From: Blastocladiella emersonii ATCC 22665
Taxonomy: Eukaryota; Fungi; Blastocladiomycota
Assembly: GCA_025594325.1 (NCBI GenBank)
Contig: JANHCV010000008.1
Coordinates: 124,001 to 188,000 of the forward strand
DNA: 64,000 nucleotides
Reading direction: 5' to 3'
In this document: positions 47,275 through 55,978 of the stretch, piece by piece
Layout of the letters: each line of letters opens with the position of its first letter
Numbering within the stretch: the first letter of the stretch is position 1
Made by a program: the position numbers and the translations under genes
Notes under the pieces: model-generated
Databases searched by the model: none
The model's input: only the letters and a program-made list of their open reading frames with translations
What the model was told of the DNA's origin: nothing

Positions 47275-47825
47275 AGGATAAGCGCGCGAGCCAGTTTACC
47301 AGCAGGGACCACGTTTCGGAGGTGGTCAAGAAATTCGCGCGGGTCACTGGCCGACCACCTCTCAGATGTTGGAGTTGTCCGAAGCAGCGGGCCACGGGTC
47401 CGCACAGCAAGTTCAAGCGGACTAGGCTTGTCGGCCAAGCGCGGTTTCGGCGGCGAAGTACTGGACGGGATTGGGGTAGCCAGTGTCGGTCCGGAGGGGG
47501 GGAGCGCACACGGTGACACAGCTGAAGAGCGGCCTAAGTCGGCTTCCAGGACGTTGCAAAGTTGTTCGAGCTCAAGGATCGCGCGATGCGTTGGGTCCCG
47601 CAAGCAGGGACTCGACGCATCCGTGGTCCCAAGTTGCGAAGTCAACGCGGTTCGAATCATGTTCACGCGCGCATCCATAACTTTGCAAAGAGCCCCCTGA
47701 AGGAGAAGGACGTGATTTTGTCGCGCTGCAGGAAGTTCATTGGTTGCATTAAACTGAGAGCTGACAGCGGCCGTGGCATAAGCTAGATTGGCGCGGGGCC
47801 TTTGGAGTTCATTGCATAGAGTCAT
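47275..47825 (-). pseudogene. Gag-like family member split by retrotransposon A
   Basis: MTLCNEL..SDPREFLDHLRNVVPAGKLARALIL continues after the element as SRENVPRSVYLAY (41201 downward), matching ARALILSRENVASEDFFAY of 30082-31818. Confidence 0.75.
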
Positions 47826-48087
47826 GATAAATGCATGTGAGTTTCCATTGCTCGGCGGGGCTGTCGAGGGGAGTTCGGCTTGGCGACGCCGCTCGCGCAA
47901 CGAAAAGGGCGCGAGCGGGTGTGGCGTGTGGCATTCATCACATGCTTTTGCAATGCGTCTACCAGCTCGACCTCCGCGCCTTCCGTCAGCTCTGTGCGCA
48001 ATCATCGCTGATCCAAAAACGAGTTTACCTTGTGTGTTTCGTAACTGTTGTGCGATGAAAAACATGATGTTACAACGAAACCTAATG

Positions 48088-48354
48088 TCAGCGGCCAATT
48101 CGGCGTTCCCACATCTTCATGATGTTCGCCCACACCGGCACCAGGTGCGACTCAAGCATTGCCTTGGGGACCTCGCACAGGGCGGTGAGGTACAAGTTTG
48201 CGTAGCGCAGCGCCTCCAGGTCGCGATCCGCAGTAAACTTGGCCCGCGCTTGGCGCGCGCGCTTGGCGTACTCGTGGCACAGGGCGACCAGCGTTTTGTA
48301 TGATCTGCTGCGCATGGCTTCCAACAACAGAAACGCGTGACCGAGCAGCATGAG
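48088..48354 (-). pseudogene. C-terminal fragment of a Gag-like family member, cut by the viral terminus
   Basis: Close nucleotide match to about 30107-30357, ending abruptly at 48354. Confidence 0.75.
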
Positions 48355-48380
48355 TGTCGTATCCCTTAAGGGATACGACA
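48355..48380. repeat. Perfect 26-bp palindrome at the putative viral left end
   Basis: TGTCGTATCCCTT|AAGGGATACGACA. Confidence 0.95.
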
Positions 48381-48480
48381 TAGGCTGACCCACTGCCACT
48401 CGGGCTGACCAATTGCTTACCCCGAGCGGTTGGCAGCAGTCACTCAGGGTAACCACGTGAGACCCAGTTGCTTACCCCGG

Positions 48481-48652
48481 GTGACATCACTGAGACTGTC
48501 ACCGCCCTTAGGGCAATGACACGCGGACAGAGGCCAAAGGCCGAAGCAGGTGGGCGGGAGGGTGGGGTGACATCACTGAGACTGTCATCGCCCTTAGGGC
48601 GATGACACGCAGACGGAGGCCGAAGGCCAAAGCAGGTGGGCGGGAGGGTGGG
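48481..48652. repeat. Two 86-bp tandem units, each with a CCCTTAGGG-centred hairpin
   Basis: GTGACATCAC starts at 48481 and 48567; copy 2 contains GTCATCGCCCT-T-AGGGCGATGAC. Confidence 0.85.
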
Positions 48653-48939
48653 TGGAAGGGAGGGGCGAGTGGTCCAGGAGTGAGTCCCTGACCTGACCCC
48701 TGAGCCCGTCCCTGACCAACCACTTGGGCTGACCATTGCTTACCCCAAGCGGTCGGCGGCGGCCGGCGAGCGCAGCGAGACAAAGAGCAGCGCAGCTGCG
48801 GCTACCCACTGACAGAGTTCCCTGGTCTGGTCCCTGAGCACAGCTGCAAGTCGATCTGTGAGCAGTCCCCGAGCCAGTCCCCGAGCCCGTCCCTGACCAC
48901 CTGCCGCAAGCGGCTGCTATGAAGCCACTCACTGTAAAG

Positions 48940-49009
48940 GTCCCAATTTCCCCTATGAAACAGTCAGTGTCTATATAGAGTACCAGCATTCTATAGGGGA
49001 AATTGGGAC
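48940..49009. repeat. 17-bp perfect inverted repeat with 36-nt spacer
   Basis: GTCCCAATTTCCCCTAT (48940-48956) and ATAGGGGAAATTGGGAC (48993-49009). Confidence 0.9.
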
Positions 49010-49019
49010 TTTCAAAGAC

Positions 49020-49505
49020 AAGAGGTCAGGGTACGGGGGTCAAGGCAGGGGAGCGTCTTAGCAGCATCAATGTATTGGGCAAGACAAGGGTCAGGGTACG
49101 GGGTCAGGGTACGGGAGCGTCTTAGCAGGCAGCGTCTTAGCAGGCAGGAAGGCAGCGTGGCAGGTCATGGAGTGTCTGGGGTGCCAGGTCTGGGGTGCCG
49201 GGTCATGGAGGGTTGGGGGTGCCAGGTCTGGGGTGCCAGGTCATGGAGTGTCTTGGGTGCCAGGTCTGGGGTGCCGGGTCATGGAGGGTCTGGGGTGCCA
49301 GGTCAGGGTGCCAGGTCTGGGGTGCCAGGTCGGGGGTGCCGGGTCATGGAGGGTCTGGGGTGCCAGGTCAGGGTGCCAGGTCTGGGGTGCCAGGTCGGGG
49401 GTGCCGGGTCATGGAGGGTCTGGGGTGCCAGGTCTGGGGTCACGCGGGGGGTCAGGCGGGGGGTCAGGCGGGGGGTCAGGCGGGGGGTCACGTTGGGGGT
49501 GCCAG
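49020..49505. repeat. G-rich minisatellite block (GGGTGCCAGGTCTGG, GGGTCATGGA, GGGGGTCAGGCG units)
   Basis: Directly visible short tandem repeats with strong G strand bias. Confidence 0.9.
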
Positions 49506-49870
49506 ATCAGGGCCCTGTGCCTGAGGATTTAGCGCTAACCCTGGCCCTATAAGAACCCCCCACTCCCCCTGCCCTGAGAGCTGCTCTTTGCCACTCACCA
49601 TGAAAGCCATGCCACAGATTCACTGCCTCAAGCCCTACTCTGATTGTATAGGCCATCTTTGCAATGCGCCCAACGCTCACAGTAGGCTTCTGGTATGGGT
49701 GCATGGCCAACATTGCAGGCGGCCACTTCCCTATTCCTTTGGCTTGGGATCTGCTGAGTCATCTGTATGTGCACGGCAATGACTTGGTTATCCCCTGTCT
49801 TGGTCTGGATTGTGGGCGCTGCTTGGATTAGCTACCCATGCAGTGCTCTTTGATCCATTCCTATCTCTCT

Positions 49871-49978
49871 CTTTTTGGGTGTGTTGGCGCTGTGTGGTTC
49901 AATGGGTCTTTTGGGTGTGTTGGCGCTGTGTGGTTTGATGAGTCTTTTGGGTGTGTTGGCGCTGTGTGGTTTGATGAG
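49871..49978. repeat. 36-bp tandem repeat, 3 copies
   Basis: TCTTTTGGGTGTGTTGGCGCTGTGTGGTTTGATGAG-like units. Confidence 0.85.
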
Positions 49979-50624
49979 TATTAGCGATGATGCCTGCTCC
50001 GTGTTGGAACTCTGATTAGTGGCTGGCCACCATGAAAGGAGACCTCCAGGATGGAGCAGTCTGGGAGGCGCTTGGCCAACGCTTCCTGGACAGGGCGGAG
50101 CACCCCTTATTTCTACTTTATGTCAATGTTGTAGTGTGTCCCGTTGCTACGTCATGCCAAGTGCGTTGAATGCGTTTGTCAATTTATAAACTTTGTTGGA
50201 CTACTGTAACTATGCGAGGCTGTATCAAAGAGATCGTCCCCCTGCCCAAGCCGCCATGCGATCACTATGATGCTCCCAGCTGGGTCCATGACAATGAGCT
50301 GCTGTGGGTCCAAGTCGTGTACCTGTGCTGTGGGCACAAGTACACATACCGCCGGGTAGTCTGAGAGTGACCAGTAAAGGCTTCAAGGTAGCTAACCAAG
50401 TTAACTTGAAGGATCTATTCAAAGCAGACAGTGTACACAACCTTGGCACCTGGCAGGGCCACGTCGCAGATGGCCGTGTAGTTGGCTGTCGACTGGGGGC
50501 CCAGACGGCCAGTCCAAGGGATGCTTGTGGAAGGTGCGCAGGGCGTTGATGCAGTAGAGCCAGTATTCATTGTCCTGTGTCTTACTATGCCTTCGCAGAA
50601 AGAATTTAAAGCACATGTCGTTGC

Positions 50625-50726
50625 TTACTCTACGGCGCGGAATACTTTGCTTGTGTACCCAACAATGGCCAGGTTGGCTACGAGGATCAGGGCGTTGGTT
50701 GCAACAAGGAGCGTCTCGAGGATCAT
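50625..50726 (-). CDS. 33-aa hydrophobic (single TM) viral peptide MILETLLVATNALILVANLAIVGYTSKVFRAVE
   Basis: Hand-translated; follows the penton gene and is preceded by the shared viral upstream motif. Confidence 0.55.
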   Translation of the reverse strand: MILETLLVATNALILVANLAIVGYTSKVFRAVE

Positions 50727-50757
50727 GTTTACAGTACGACAACAATTAAAGTCAATG

Positions 50758-51501
50758 TCAGATGAACGCGAGCTCGACGTAGAAGGGTTGGCCGAGAAAG
50801 TCGACAGAGCGCAGGTTCTCGTCTACCACATCAATGTCAATACAGTCAATCTGCTGGGCCTGTCCCTGCGCGTCAAAGCGAAAGTAGTCGCCCATGTGTG
50901 GTCGATGCTCAAACCAGCTGCCAAAGGGTTGCGTGACGTGGATGCTACAAAGTACGCCGTTGTCTTGTGGGTACGCGCTGTACATGTTGTCCGCGAGCCG
51001 GGTGCCAAGGTTGCGCAAGTAGACGTGAAGCAGGTTGATGGGCGAGATGTTGACCAGCGCCGACCCGTACTGGACCTTGCTGTAGCCATACGCTCCAACA
51101 AAGCCCATGTGGACGTTCAGCAACGCCGTCCCTGTTCCAATTGTAAAGTCAACCATGTCGTTGGCCAGGCGCATCTTCTGGGTAGTCGAGTCGACCTGGA
51201 CGTCCCAGGAGCCCTGCCAGAGGTACGACGACGGCGCGTTGTTGAGCAGGCTCTTGAGCGTGGCCGTGAACGGCTTGACTGTGTAGTTGCCGTCAGGGAC
51301 AGTGATGGTACCCGGGAACGTCAACGCGCCACGGCTCTGGGTCAGGTACACTTTGTTGGCCTTGGAGTTGACCGCGTGCCAGCTGTTGCAGAGGTACGCC
51401 GAGTTGACCTTGACGCCGCGCACAGACAGGGGTCGTGGCAGGTACAGGATGCCGTTCTTGAGGTTGCGGCTGCAGATGGTCAGCGTCTTGTACTCGGACA
51501 T
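50758..51501 (-). CDS. Minor capsid protein (penton, single jelly-roll)
   Basis: 247 aa beta-rich, PDGNYT and IDVVDENLRSVDF motifs, position next to MCP. Confidence 0.7.
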   Translation of the reverse strand: MSEYKTLTICSRNLKNGILYLPRPLSVRGVKVNSAYLCNSWHAVNSKANKVYLTQSRGALTFPGTITVPDGNYTVKPFTATLKSLLNNAPSSYLWQGSWDVQVDSTTQKMRLANDMVDFTIGTGTALLNVHMGFVGAYGYSKVQYGSALVNISPINLLHVYLRNLGTRLADNMYSAYPQDNGVLCSIHVTQPFGSWFEHRPHMGDYFRFDAQGQAQQIDCIDIDVVDENLRSVDFLGQPFYVELAFI

Positions 51502-51519
51502 TTAAACAAAGACAACAAT

Positions 51520-51786
51520 TTATTGTACAGCTGTCCCCGTGTTGTCAGCGTCTGCCTCAAAGATCTCGCTTGTTGGTCGGTTGTACCAGGTGTGAATGTC
51601 TTGGGCAAGGTCGGCGCCCTTGGTCACCATCTGCGCAATGGAGCTCACAGCGGGGTTGTGCGACCGCTCAAAGAACTTGGACACAGTCTTGACGCCTTTG
51701 AGGACGGTCAGCATGTGTTTGTTGACAAAGGACCCGACCTGGCCGAGCACATTGCTAAAGTTGGTCCAGAGGTTACGGAAGATCAT
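51520..51786 (-). CDS. 88-aa protein with N-terminal amphipathic helix
   Basis: FRNLWTNFSNVLGQVGSFVNKHMLTVLKGVKTVSKFF; lies between MCP and penton. Confidence 0.6.
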   Translation of the reverse strand: MIFRNLWTNFSNVLGQVGSFVNKHMLTVLKGVKTVSKFFERSHNPAVSSIAQMVTKGADLAQDIHTWYNRPTSEIFEADADNTGTAVQ

Positions 51787-51828
51787 GGCGGGGTTTAACT
51801 CTACGCAAGAAAAGAAAGGACAGGGCCG

Positions 51829-53049
51829 TTACTTGTAGATGTTGATCTCGCCGGTTGGCAGGAACTCGTAGACCACGTTGATGCCAATAAAGGCGTCCAC
51901 GCGCTGGTTCGGGGCCACGCTTGAAGTCAGGATCACCTGCATGTCCACGGCCTGGCTCTTGCAAGACTTGTCGCCGCTGACCACGGCGCAACTTGACTCA
52001 AGGTCACGGCCGACAACAAAGGTACCCTTGGCCGGCGCGTTGAACTTGTCAACTGTGAGGCCAGCGCCAATGATGTGGCCATGGAAGGCATTGGTCAGCT
52101 CAACGAACGCCTCGGACGCGTAGTTGTCACAGCGGATGGGTCGCTGAGGGAAGAGTCGGCCGGCCACGCTGAACTGGTACGATGTAATGGTCTTGGCACG
52201 AAGGAACGAGTCCTTGGCATTGTCATTGAGCACGGCATTGTTGCGGAACAACAGCAGGATGTCTTTCTGTGAGGCCGAGCGGTCCGAGATGTTGAGCGTC
52301 GAGTTGGGCACCGAGTAGTTCAGGAAGTGGTGGTTGTAGGTCGTGCCAAAGAGCTTGAGGCCCTGCTTCTTGAAGGCCGCGTCCATGACCGCGATCTGCT
52401 GGTCGTTGAGCTTGATCAGGTCCGAGACAATGCAGACGTCCTTGACTGTGTAGCCCGGGATTGCATTGTTCTTGACCACGCAGGCGTCGCTGCCAGGTGC
52501 AAGGGTGAACTCGACGCGGATGCCGCCCGTGTACTTCATTGGGAGGTGCTTCTGGTTTGCCAGCAGGGCGGATTTGATGGGCAGCATGTACCGGTGCAGC
52601 CCAGACGAGACAGCGAACTTGTCCGCGCCGGACGCAAAGTAGCCCTGTGCCACGCCGAGACACAAGTCCTTGAGGTACTGGGGGACCGTCACGTCGGCCT
52701 CGATGCGCTGACGCAGGTTGTAGTACGGGAGCTCTTCGAGTAGGGCACCAGACGCGCTGTAGATGCGGACACGGTCAATGACGCTGAAGATACCATTGCA
52801 GAAAGCAACGTTGGCGTCTGTGGTCTTGGCCAAGAACTGCAGGAAAGTACAGTGCGTGTCCATCATGTCATTGCGCGGCGGGAGCAGGACGCTGATGCTG
52901 TTGCCAGGAGCAAACTCAGGGCCGCCCTGAGCCGTGAACTGGACGGTCTGGCGCTCGGCATAGACGGACTCCTTGGGCAGGTTGAACAACATCTCGGGAG
53001 GGAGAGTCTTGGACAGGACCTGCGAGAACTGGGCGTTGGTACTGGACAT
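51829..53049 (-). CDS. Double jelly-roll major capsid protein, PLV type
   Basis: 406 aa beta-rich; SVIDRVRI..LLEE, ITSYQFSVAGRLFP, FVVGRDLE patterns; adjacent to packaging ATPase. Confidence 0.8.
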   Translation of the reverse strand: MSSTNAQFSQVLSKTLPPEMLFNLPKESVYAERQTVQFTAQGGPEFAPGNSISVLLPPRNDMMDTHCTFLQFLAKTTDANVAFCNGIFSVIDRVRIYSASGALLEELPYYNLRQRIEADVTVPQYLKDLCLGVAQGYFASGADKFAVSSGLHRYMLPIKSALLANQKHLPMKYTGGIRVEFTLAPGSDACVVKNNAIPGYTVKDVCIVSDLIKLNDQQIAVMDAAFKKQGLKLFGTTYNHHFLNYSVPNSTLNISDRSASQKDILLLFRNNAVLNDNAKDSFLRAKTITSYQFSVAGRLFPQRPIRCDNYASEAFVELTNAFHGHIIGAGLTVDKFNAPAKGTFVVGRDLESSCAVVSGDKSCKSQAVDMQVILTSSVAPNQRVDAFIGINVVYEFLPTGEINIYK

Positions 53050-53089
53050 GGTTTAGTTTAGGACTCGGCAACAAAAAAAAGTCAAGAGT

Positions 53090-53887
53090 CTACTGCTTCA
53101 CGATCCACTCGCTGAAGCTGTCTACGAGCCGGTACTTGGGCGGGTTCTGGTTGTTGACGCCCAGGAAGCGTCGCTTCGTGTTGCCAGTACGCGTGTCAAA
53201 GAGCTGTTCAATGATGGCCTCAAACTCCTTGAGGTCGAACTGCGACCCAATCTCCTTGTGCAGCGTCTGGACCTCAGTCTTGTCATAGATTGGGTAGACG
53301 ACGCTGTAGCTGCAATTGATGCGCAGAGTCTTGGGCAGGGCACACCACCGCTGGACGCCAATGATGCAGCTGATCTTCAAGTGCCGCGAGTTGCACAGAA
53401 AGTTGGTCAGCGTTCTGTGGCTCAGCAGCTTGAGCCCGAGCACGTCGTCAATGATCAGCAGCTGGTCCTGGAGCGCCTTCTTGCCAGACTCTTCGAATGT
53501 CTTGGTCAGGTCCTGGCGCATCTTGAGCAGGGTCGGGATGAACTGCTCGGGGTCCGTGACAATGCACCCTGGCTTGATCTTGAGCCGGTCCGGGTCGCGC
53601 TCCTGGGGGTCCAGCACGTTGCGCTCCTTCTTGGGCGGTTGCAGGATTGGTTGACCGGCAATGTACTCGTACTTGTCGTTGGCGTGGAACGTTGGGTTAA
53701 AGACCCAGATGTTGTCGAACTGGCCCTTGTAAAAGTGCGGGAAGCAGACCATGTTTGCGATCAGCGTCGACTTGCCCTGACCCTTGGCGCCAATGACGTT
53801 CATGGTGAACGGGTGCTTGGGGATTGGCAGCGGCTCGCCGTCGTCGTTGCGCGTAAAGCCGTTGTCAATGGCAACAATGTCGTACAT
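53090..53887 (-). CDS. A32/FtsK-family DNA packaging ATPase
   Basis: Walker A GAKGQGKST, Walker B LLIIDD, NSRHLKIS and LPKTLRINC motifs. Confidence 0.9.
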   Translation of the reverse strand: MYDIVAIDNGFTRNDDGEPLPIPKHPFTMNVIGAKGQGKSTLIANMVCFPHFYKGQFDNIWVFNPTFHANDKYEYIAGQPILQPPKKERNVLDPQERDPDRLKIKPGCIVTDPEQFIPTLLKMRQDLTKTFEESGKKALQDQLLIIDDVLGLKLLSHRTLTNFLCNSRHLKISCIIGVQRWCALPKTLRINCSYSVVYPIYDKTEVQTLHKEIGSQFDLKEFEAIIEQLFDTRTGNTKRRFLGVNNQNPPKYRLVDSFSEWIVKQ

Positions 53888-53913
53888 TTAAAGACTGCCA
53901 ACAAAAAAGGGCG

Positions 53914-55630
53914 TCAGTCCCAGCTGAGGTCAAGCACAATGCCGCTGCGCCTTGGGGTCTTGCGGACCTGCTTGATGGGCCGCTCAGGGATCTTCTGGTG
54001 ACGCTGGATCTTGGGCGCTGTCAGCCCGCTACCCGCTGCCCGCTTGTCTGTGAACAGCTTTGCGTCGGTCGGCTTTTTGTAGCCCAGTTGCTTGAGGATC
54101 TGTTTGAGGAGCATGTCGGTCTTCTTAGAACTACCGCCAGAATTGTTTTGCGCGGCCAGCTCCCTGATCATGGCCTCGAGGCCGCTTGTGTTGGCAGGCT
54201 GGACAATGACTTGGGGTGCAGGGATCGTGTCCAGCTTGGACCCAAGGTCTTGGAGCGTCTTGGTCATGGCCTTGTTGCTCTGGGTCTGCCCTTGGATCGC
54301 GCCCTGGACGCCGCTTGCGAGCTGGTTCATGAGCACCTGCTGGTTGCTGAGCGCAGAGGACATGCCCGTGGCAATCTCAGACACAAGCGCGCAGTTGCCA
54401 GCGTCAATCTGGCGGACAAAGTTGTTGCGTTCGGCTCGGAGGGTGTCCACAATCCCGGACGCGAGGTTGGCAAATGCGTCCATGGCCAGTCCCTGAGCGG
54501 CCGCCGACTGCTCGATGAGCGCCTGGTACGCCTGGTACTGCATGACCTGGGACCCGGCAAACTGCAAGGCAATGAGCTCGAGCGCGGCCATGACGTTTGG
54601 GTCATTGTTGTACTGGACCAGGATCTGCTGCCGCATGTCCACGTTCTGCTTGTAGTAGTTGTTCTCGTACTGGGTGATGAACTGCCGCATGTCGACGTTC
54701 TGCGTGTCCTGCTGCGTGTAGCTGTTGTACACAAACTGGTTAAACTGTTGAAAGTTCTGGACAACGTCAACCTCCATGTTGTCCGTGGTTGTCAGCGCCC
54801 GCTTGGGGTTGTAGACCTGCAAGTCCTTGGAGCCCTCAATCATGCGTGCCTCGTCCATGGCCGGGTGGACGTGACCCTCGTTGTACACGCCTTGCCGCTG
54901 TGCCACGTCCGGGCCGTAGCTTGGTGGCATGACCACGAGGTCGCAGGTGCCGTTGTCAAGCCTTGGGGGTGGGTCGTTGCCGCCGTCATTGTCATTCTGG
55001 ATCAGGTACTGGCCAGGGATCATGGCGCCGTACTCGTCAATGTCTTGACCAACATAGTCGCCGGCCTTGACCGGGTACTGCTCGGGCATGACTGGCCGGA
55101 TGGGCACGGGGAGCAAGTGGTCCGGTACAGCGTCCTCGTCAATGACGTCCAGGGCTCGCGAGATCTCTTCTGCCAGCTCGTCGCGCTCCTCTTCGCTGCT
55201 GCCCCTGTCGCTGTCCGTGGCCGACTTGGGGGCCTCTGGTCCGGGACTTGCCGCTGGTGGAGCGACTGGGACTCAAGTGACCTTGCCCGTTGCCTGGTGC
55301 TCTTCCCACGCTTTAAGCGTGTCTTGGACGTGCTCCTGGAGGTCCTTGACCTCGTACCCAGTGACGCCGTCCTGGTGCTTGAGGTAGAACAGCGAGTCGC
55401 CTCGTTTGCAGCCAAAGTCGTTGGCATAGCTCTCAGGCGTCACCTTGTAGTCAAAGGCAAGGATGTAAGGCACCCAGACGTCGAGGAGCTCTTTGGCATT
55501 GGGGAACGTGTACTTGCGGCCATCAGTGGTCGCCTTGATCTTCTGCCCTGCAAGGCGCTCTGCCGTGATGCGGCCGTCGGTTGCCTTGGTCACTCTTGCA
55601 AGTAGATCTGGTACTGTTCTTCGGCCCATG
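53914..55630 (-). pseudogene. Viral gene of about 570 codons split by one in-frame TGA (55273-55275)
   Basis: ORFs 55273-55650 and 53914-55116 share a frame and the 156 nt between them are open. Confidence 0.6.
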
Positions 55631-55706
55631 ATAGTTACTGTATGGACCAAAAATAAAACGTCCCCCTGTCGGTACCTTTTTCCCCGTGGCAGGTGCCTTT
55701 TGTCCC

Positions 55707-55958
55707 TCAGACGGTGCTATTTGCCCCCTGGTCCCGGTGCTTGGCGTTGAGTGCCTTGTAGATCCGGATCTTGACCCGCTCTGCCCGCGCTGCCTCGTCG
55801 TCAACGTGCGTGTACCGGTTGGCCTTGCGGTCGCGCTTCCGTAGCCACTTGGCCTTGTCCTTGTTGCTCTTGCTGTACCAGCTGCTTGGCACGGGCATGG
55901 TCCCGGCGAGGTGCTCCCGCCACTCGTCCAGGCTCAGGTCATGGTCGCTGGAAATCAT
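55707..55958 (-). CDS. 83-aa basic viral protein, unknown function
   Basis: Open frame, Lys/Arg-rich, preceded by the shared upstream motif. Confidence 0.5.
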   Translation of the reverse strand: MISSDHDLSLDEWREHLAGTMPVPSSWYSKSNKDKAKWLRKRDRKANRYTHVDDEAARAERVKIRIYKALNAKHRDQGANSTV

Positions 55959-55978
55959 TCTGTTGCTTAAGGTTAAAC

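Noticed and set aside
48505-48600. TTAGGG as telomeric repeat
   Set aside because: Single occurrences inside hairpins, not a tandem array
49070-49552. Gly/Val/Pro-rich ORFs in the G-rich block
   Set aside because: Products of the minisatellite, open in several frames
39699-49978. 32-bp and 36-bp repeats as CRISPR arrays
   Set aside because: Head-to-tail tandem units without unique spacers, no cas genes, eukaryotic context
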